From contig NIVC01002599.1 of the NCBI GenBank assembly GCA_002269645.1, forward strand, positions 1 through 64,000: a stretch of DNA of 64,000 nucleotides, given 5' to 3'. The position numbers and the translations under genes are program-made. The notes under the pieces were generated by a model that saw nothing but the letters and a program-made list of their open reading frames with translations, did no database searches and had not been told where the DNA came from. Of this stretch, positions 56,133 through 64,000 are shown piece after piece. Origin of the DNA: Macrostomum lignano. Taxonomy: Eukaryota. How positions within the stretch are numbered: position 1 is the first letter of the stretch; every line of letters begins with the position of its first letter.

Positions 56133-56585
56133 ATGAACAATAGCGCTTGCAGCGCTGACTGGCAGCTAGCGGCTTGTAGGCGGCCTCGTAGGCCCTGCAC
56201 AGATTCCAGCGTGAACTGGAAGGACTGCGTGCATCGCTGGAAACGAAGCCGAGACAAATGGCGATTCGAGGCTGTCGGCCTGCAAAAGCAACTGTACGAG
56301 CTGACGGGCAGCGCGCAGCACTGGAGTCGTCAGGCGAGCGCGGCCCAGTCCCAGCTGGCCCAGGCGCGAGGCGCTCTGAACGGCTGGCGGGCTGACACCT
56401 ACCGCGGCAGGGAATCGGCCGGCCAGTGGAAGGCTCAAGCAATCGGCTGGCGCGAGGAGGCCCGGCGTTGGAAGCTGAACTGCGGTGAGCTGATGGACCG
56501 AAAGGACGACAGGCAGATTGGCCTGATGTGCCGGGCCAGGCAAACACAGCGCGCCGAGCTGCTGCGCCACCAGTTTAGCGGGTGA
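56133..56585 (+). CDS. Hypothetical 150-aa coiled-coil protein with Trp in heptad register
   Basis: The ORF is GC-rich and gene-like. Eight of its nine Trp residues fall in one heptad position. An in-frame stop lies just upstream of the ATG. Confidence 0.6.
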   Translation: MNNSACSADWQLAACRRPRRPCTDSSVNWKDCVHRWKRSRDKWRFEAVGLQKQLYELTGSAQHWSRQASAAQSQLAQARGALNGWRADTYRGRESAGQWKAQAIGWREEARRWKLNCGELMDRKDDRQIGLMCRARQTQRAELLRHQFSG

Positions 56586-56854
56586 TGTCAATCTACTGTT
56601 CGCCGCTTTCATAATGGATTGTGTCAAACGCATTGAGCTGTCGAAAGCGGAGAAATATTCGTGTGATGCTTTTTTCATCAAGACTATCGAAAATAAAGTC
56701 ATTTTTATTTTAACCGCAGGTGCTTAGGTTTTTTTCTGAAAAAATTCAAAAAAAGCCTTCAACGACTTTGTTATTTTATGTTTGTGCATAAATCGAACTA
56801 GGAAGAAATTTAATATCTACCCAGCTGGCCCTGTCGACGAGTTCTCGTTTTAAC

Positions 56855-57780
56855 TGTTATTACACCCGTACTTAGCCGTAAGACATAGGCGAAGTTGCTG
56901 CATTGCGTATTAGCTTTATGGTAGACAACGCATGCATGTTTGCATTGATGTGTTCCTAATTGCTACCAAGACTTTCTTAGTAATCAAGGAACAATCACTT
57001 CTATATGTAGCTACTGCTATAGGCAACCCAGTAATCCAATGAAGCTAGGTATCTCTTATACCTTGATTCCTGGTCAGTTGTTCGCTTCTTGAGTCTTGTT
57101 CTCTTTCTTAATTAGTCTCGTTTCTTATCTTCCGGAAGCTTAGACGTCTTGAATTAGTTGTTCTGGTTTTGGTTCCTCTTGTACTTCCAATGAAGTCGTC
57201 TCCGACCGGTATCTGTGCCTCAAATCAGAAGCTTCAAATCAACAATGGGGATCCCTGCGCCACGCTGCGGTTTCAAATAAGCCTTCTCCTTCTAGCAGTG
57301 TCTTAATACACTCTAGGTATAGCTCCGGTAATCAATGATAGTCCTCTGGTGACTATCAGGGTAGTCCCGGAGACTACAAACAATGGAGTCGCAATTAGAC
57401 TCAGTCACAACAATAATATCGAGTCGACTCTAACACGGTGCAAATGAGTAAGGCTTACCGCAAGAACTCAGCCGAGTCTCGGTTGACTTGGTCTGAAGGA
57501 AGTTCCTCGCCGACTTCCTCTTCGGAGCTCTTCTTCCCTCTGGAAGGTTCTCTGTAGCCTCTGTTGTTGCTCCGGTCCACTTGTCGGACCACTTGTATTT
57601 ATAGGCAATTTTGCTAACTATAATTATAGCAACATGACTCATGTGTTTCACCATAAATAGTAACATGATTCATTTTGGGTTATAAATAGTATCATGATTC
57701 ACTCCTTTGCTATAAATAGTATCATGATTCATAGTTAACGTTTCGGTGCGCATGTGTGCTTTGTTCTACTTACAGTAACA
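56855..57780. mobile_element. Possible solo-LTR-like remnant
   Basis: It has tgttatt...agtaaca (TG...CA) ends and TATA-like motifs. The flanks (ttaac and ttcta) do not form a TSD, so support is weak. Confidence 0.2.
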
Positions 57781-58817
57781 TTCTATGAATAAACTACATT
57801 AACAATTTTTATGATTTTTGTGGGAAGTAGAATAACACTACACCATATGCATACTTGTATATTAGTACCGCGGTCCTGCGCTGAACGCTCTCTTAACACT
57901 GCATATCCCTCTACTATATCAAGCACGCAATCGAATCGGAACTACATGTAAGCTCATACAGCAAAATTTTGATGTTCATGCATGAATGTACGTTACAGAA
58001 GTAAATTTCACACACGTTGCAGATGTTGAAGGCAATTAAATACGCATGCACATAAATGCATTACTGCATGTACACGTGTTGTACTATTCACGCATAAAAA
58101 GCTTACACTTAGCCTTGACTTGACTAGATCAGAATAAAAAGTTGTACATATAGTTTGTGTGCAGAGCCACCTGATCCGCTCAAACAAACTACAGGCATCA
58201 ACAGCATCATGATATGTAAATCAATGCACATGTAGTCGTTTTTATAGCGAGTTACAGTTGCTCAGTAATTGGGTGGTGCTTAAAAATCTATCGTATTCTG
58301 ACTATAATATCTTATTTCCTGCAAGCGAGTTGCGGATTACAAAAGGGATGCCACCCCACCCCAGTCACATGGCAATCACACCGGAGTAATCACATTGAGA
58401 AGATAAAACTGTACAAAGTTTAGTAAAATATGTCAAGTTTTATTTTTAAGCCAGGTCAGGACATTTTGCAATTTATAACTTTGATACAGAATATTAGCAC
58501 TTACTTTTATGTGTTGTTTTGAACTTTTTCCTATAAATGTTGACGCGCGTGTCAGTTTCTATGAAACAGTATTTTTTGACCTGACAGTTGTCTAGACTAC
58601 ACTCAAACTCATCAGCCTTGTTAGGAATATACATAGTAGTAGGGCTGATTAAATAATATCTATCATACTTGAAACAGGCCTATTAGTAATTAGTAACCAT
58701 TAAGGCTGTCTACTGCTATATTCTAACTAACTACTGCTGCTAGGGTGTTTGGTTTCAATTTTTAAGCTCTATTTGCCATTGCCAGTTAGGTATGATAACT
58801 CATCATGTGATGCTCAT

Positions 58818-60071
58818 CAGTGATGGGCACGGCTAAATTTATTTTTAGTGCCACTAATTAGTGCTGTCACTAACTGATAGAAGAAAAAAATTTGCAATCG
58901 CTAATTAGTGGGCACTATTTCCACTTTTAATTTAGCACAATTAGCACTGCTAATTTTGAAATGCACTAGGGGGGGGCCTAATTAATAAATGAATTTAATA
59001 TAAACTGCCGTTTCACATGTATTTATGCATTTTTGCACATTTTTAACTCACACATTTTAAATGAATAAGCTAATAATGCTATGGCTAATATTTTGTTCAT
59101 GGGTGGCAGGAGCTTGCAGTACCGGGGGCATGTGCCCCCCTAGAAAATGAGTCCACATGGTAATTTTTAGTGTTTTTTCTGATTATAGGTCCTAATTAGC
59201 AGCTTATAAAGGTACCTGTGCCCCCTTGCCCTGTGCCAGGTGCCCCCCTCAAATATTAGGCTCTGTTGCCCCTGAATTTGTTTTTATTATTGATATATCA
59301 ATAATTGATATAATTGATATTGATATATCAATATTATATCAATCCTAATAAAAAATCCTCTAGCCACTGAATTGTTAGAGCAATAGTTGGTAGAAAGAGT
59401 TCCTAAATTACAATGCTGTTTGCCAGGGCCATGTCCTTATACTCAAGAAAGAAAGCAAGATCATCAACTTGAAATGGTGGTATGGGTCACAGGATTTATT
59501 AACCCCACTATCACCCTATTGATATAGCCTGTCATTTTGCATCATTGCTTAGAATATCAACTGAGTTGAACATTGAATTCTTTGATTAAATAATTAAATG
59601 AAATGAAATAGCCTAAATCAATAACTTTTTGCTAACAAAATAAAAGTAGTAAAAAAACTTGTCATTGAAGTGAAAAGTAAAAAAGTTTGTCATTGAACTT
59701 TTAAAATTCAATGATAAAAAACAAAATTAATTGGTGATAGCAAAAGCAAAAAAAGAAATTCAAATTTTGTTTCACTTTTCTAAGAAAAATAAAAACATTA
59801 GATTTAATTTTGGTAGATTTATGTAATCTTTAACTTATTACTCAAATAGGGTCTCATTTGAAGTATTAAACAGTCAATAACCATCTAGTTTTATAGTAAA
59901 AAAATTAATTTAGCATAACATAGGCCTAATTAGTGATTCTAAAAAAATATTAGCAGCATTTTGATAGTGTGCGCTAATTGGAATTTCAATTTAGTGGAAT
60001 TAGCGGCATTAACAAAATGTTAGCAGCACTTTAGTGGAATTCAAATTTAGCAGTGCTAGTGCCTATCACTG
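58818..60071. mobile_element. Non-autonomous hAT DNA transposon
   Basis: The terminal inverted repeats (TIRs) cagtgatgggcac and gtgcctatcactg match at 12 of 13 bases. A perfect 8-bp TSD atgctcat lies at 58810-58817 and 60072-60079. Confidence 0.9.
59098..59274. mobile_element. Small hAT-like MITE nested in the hAT element
   Basis: A GC-rich island with gggggca/tgccccc motifs, imperfect TIRs, and a near-TSD attttgtt/aatttgtt (7 of 8). Confidence 0.5.
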
Positions 60072-63000
60072 ATGCTCATAATAGTGCCAACTTAGCTAGG
60101 GCCTAAGTCGTAAGATAATCAGATCACTAGGCCTAGAGCCTACCAAAATAAAGCTTGCTCTTTGAATTGTGACTGTTTTTTAGACCAAGGCATCAGGCGG
60201 CAAGGCCTGGCCTTAGCCTATGTTAGGGCCTATGTACAAAATTAAATTAAGCTTATAAAGAGTTTGAACGATAATTCCTAACCTAATTTTAATATTATAT
60301 CTAATATGAGGGTCTACTTTTTTTACTGTAGATATGCCCTACTATAGCAGTGATAGTCATTATCACAATACTTCTAAAATGTTGGCATAATGAAAATATT
60401 CATTTTTGGAAAGTTTCATGTCAATAACTAAAAAAATGTGTATACAATGAGTTTAACAAACAATTCTGCAGGAAGCCCTACTTTTTTATAGTCCGTTTTC
60501 ATAAAGTATTAGGCCTAATATTAAGCTTAACCCATAGTCTGGATCATGCTTGGTGCATACCCAAACAAAAATCAAATAATTAGACCTACAAATGCATGCC
60601 CATTTTCAAAACTATGCTGGTGTTGCAAGAATAAATGACCTTTTTACATTGTGACAATAAATCACCTTTTTTGAATTGTATAATTATCAATCCTTTTTGG
60701 CAGATAATTTGGTTAATTTTTTCTGTTGTTTCAACAATACTATTTCTAGTAGAAAATTGATACATGCAAAAATTTGTTTCAGTGCTTCATTACAAGCTTA
60801 AAAACCTAGAAAGCTTGAAATTTATGTTTAGAAATTATGAACTTTTTTCATTTATTTTTTCTTTTTCACAGTAACTCCACATAATTCTATAAAGTGTACA
60901 CCAGGTAGGCACATACACTATTTTCTTAGGAGTGATGCACACCAACTGTGCATATCTACTTTTGGCATGCAAGGCCAATTTATGTAATGTTGTTACAAAT
61001 ATAAAATTGGCCTATAAAAAATATATATTTAAATAGCCTATGGCTACACTATAGTTTTATCTCAACAATAATAGCAACAACAATAATAAGGCACATTGCT
61101 AAGCAATGGTCATTATTGAAGATAGCATCTAGTATAGATTAACCTCCATTAATGTAGGCCATAGTCTAGAAGGTAGAAAGTAGCTTTTATGCCAGAAAAT
61201 TCTAGCATATTTTTGTTCTCACTGACAATCTTGGCATATACTTGGTATATAAAATTTTCAAGTTCAATATAAAGTATACACAGTTGGCATGTAAAAAATT
61301 TGAGTTCATGGTTAATGTAATTGTGTAGTTAAATATCAACCAACAAAAGCTCTTTTAAAAATGATTAGAAACTAAAAAAGAAAATATGAACACAATTTAT
61401 AAGAAAAACAAAATCAAAGCAAAAAATATATCTGTTTTTAATAAAAAAACAGCCATTTTAAAGTTCAGTAATTTTTTTTTCTAATAACATATATTCTCTA
61501 AAAAATGGCATTCAAACAGCTCTAGGCTTGGTGTACATTTTTTAAATTTTATATTGGCATAAAATTAAAAAACATAAACTTTCATTCTGGAAATTTTCAT
61601 GAAAAGAATTTTTATAAGATAAAATGATTTTCATTTCATGTTGTAGAACATTTATTTAACTATTTAATTTAACTATTTTCCATGATATTTCAGATATCTT
61701 GGAAGATATCTGCTAAGTTTTGACTCAGTCTTGACTTGCTAAGTTTTGCAAATAAGTGTCAAGTTTTGTTAAATAATCAAGTTATATTACTATATAATAG
61801 GGCCTACAAATTATAAATATATGCATTATCAACTTGCTCAACTTACTCAACTTGACCAAAACCCAAGTTTGTCTAGGGTCTAATTCAGACCTTGGCTACA
61901 ATAATGTTGCTAAAGAAACAAAGTATAATGTTAGATCAGTTTTCTTAGCATAGGCTCTTTGATTCTAAACTTAAGGCAATAATAATATTTGTTTGGCTGT
62001 TTATCCTAGTATTTTTTAGTAGGTAGTACATAGATATATAGTGGCATATCCAGCTATAGCCTTGGTACCAAGGCCCTATTGGAATAAGTGTAGAAACCTG
62101 TAGATACGCAACATGGGGTCTAAAATTGAAGCTCAAAAATGCAACATGACACAGAACATGTTAACTTTTGCACTGAACATAGGCATAGTGCTAATTTGAT
62201 AATGAGGCATTTAGCCTTAATAAGACAATCATAGTTACTCTTGCTGTTTACCTATTGCACTATGACATTACTTGGCTTGACTCTAGCCGCAACATGACAT
62301 TGGAAAATTCTAAAATTGTAATTGTCCATTTATTCCAATAGGGTACCAGGGGTCTTGTATTGTGAACAATAGTATATCTTGTCATATATACTGTTATATG
62401 CATACATATTGCAAATAGAAATGTAAATATTGACTTGTAGTTGATATATACTATACTATTTTGTACTTTATTTACCCTAGCCTAAGGGCAAATAGTTAAA
62501 ATATTTATTACTATTTATATCCCAATTTATTCTATTCTATTGGAAGAGGATTTATTCTATCTCTATATAAAAAGACAATATAAAATTAGACTTATTTAGA
62601 CACAGCTAAGAGATAAGGGAATATATTTTTCTTGGTTAGAATATATAGCAATATTTTTATATCGCTTATAAGAACCACTTTGCAGCTCATTTTGAATGGA
62701 TTCTGGAATAAAAAATAAGCAATATATTAGTGTATAGTAATATAACAAGTCATAAAATAGAAAAAATCCTATGGTTCTCATCCTGTGGGCTGTGACCTGC
62801 AGTGGGGTTGCGTGACCATTTTTGGAGGGTTGCAGCACCAAGAAACGTGTGAGTATGTCATACTTAGACTTGCTTTTTAAAGAACCAAAATATTAGTGTT
62901 GTTTATTTTTCAATGCCTAATTACTCATAAATCTTGTAGTCTTAGGTCAATGAGTTAGTGATATATTTATTTTCAGTTTGTAAGTTTGTCATTTTTTTAA

Positions 63001-63134
63001 TAAATTACCTTCACAATGGATAAGATTGACAGAATTCACATAAGATAGATAAGATAAGATAAGATAAGGCATAAGATAGATTAGTGGTATTGGCATTGAT
63101 AAAGGCTGGCTTTTGTATTTTTAAAGACAGGCAT

Positions 63135-63300
63135 TTGCATTGGTAATGGCTGGTATTTGCATTGGTAATGGCTGGTATTTGCATTGGTAATGGCTGGTAT
63201 TTGCATTGGTAATGGCTGGTATTTACATTGGTAATGGCTGGTATTTGTATTTGTAATGGCAAGCATTTGCATTGGTTATGGCTGGTATTTGCATTTGTAA
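63135..63300 (+). repeat. 22-bp array (ttgcattggtaatggctggtat), about 7 copies
   Basis: Read directly from the sequence. Confidence 0.9.
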
Positions 63301-63443
63301 GACTGACATTGGAATCAGATTGGTGGCATTGGCATTAGCAATGGCTGCATTGACATTTATTGGCAATTGCTTCTAAAAAAACTGGGTGCCAGAATGATGG
63401 AGCCTTGCCGCATGACAGACCCGTATCGCTCAATTTCAGGTAA

Positions 63444-63922
<479 letters not shown>

Positions 63923-64000
63923 GTGAGAGAAGCGGAATTTGTTAATATAAGCAGAAACTTAAAAACTGACAGAAAAGGCTGTCGCTGTCAGGAGCTTCAG

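Overview
This is eukaryotic (metazoan) genomic DNA with GT-AG introns, GC- and Ala-rich exons, and many intronic tandem arrays. That style suggests a flatworm such as Macrostomum, which is an inference and not proven. Bases 1-8759 form a near-perfect inverted repeat with two arms of about 4.35 kb, an imperfect hairpin at the centre (4346-4417), no credible ORF, and a candidate CACTA-type end (TAGTG) at 8777-8781. Genes I could reconstruct by hand: an SLC22-type transporter (+), an 8-exon TRPC/TRP-gamma-like channel (-), FoxJ2/3 (-), a PMF1/Nnf1-like protein (+), RPL24 (+), a spliced ankyrin-repeat Ser/Thr kinase (+) that appears nested in the first intron of a secreted follistatin-domain gene (+), a two-exon six-cysteine eclosion-hormone-like precursor (-), an orphan Trp-heptad coiled-coil ORF (+), and the 5' part of ZnT7/SLC30A7 (+). 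The window also has two tRNA-derived SINE families, a hAT element with a perfect 8-bp target-site duplication (TSD), about 20 tandem arrays, and two sharply bounded CpG deserts that end at gene starts. Many long ORFs in the supplied track are repeat artefacts. All counts and alignments were done by eye.
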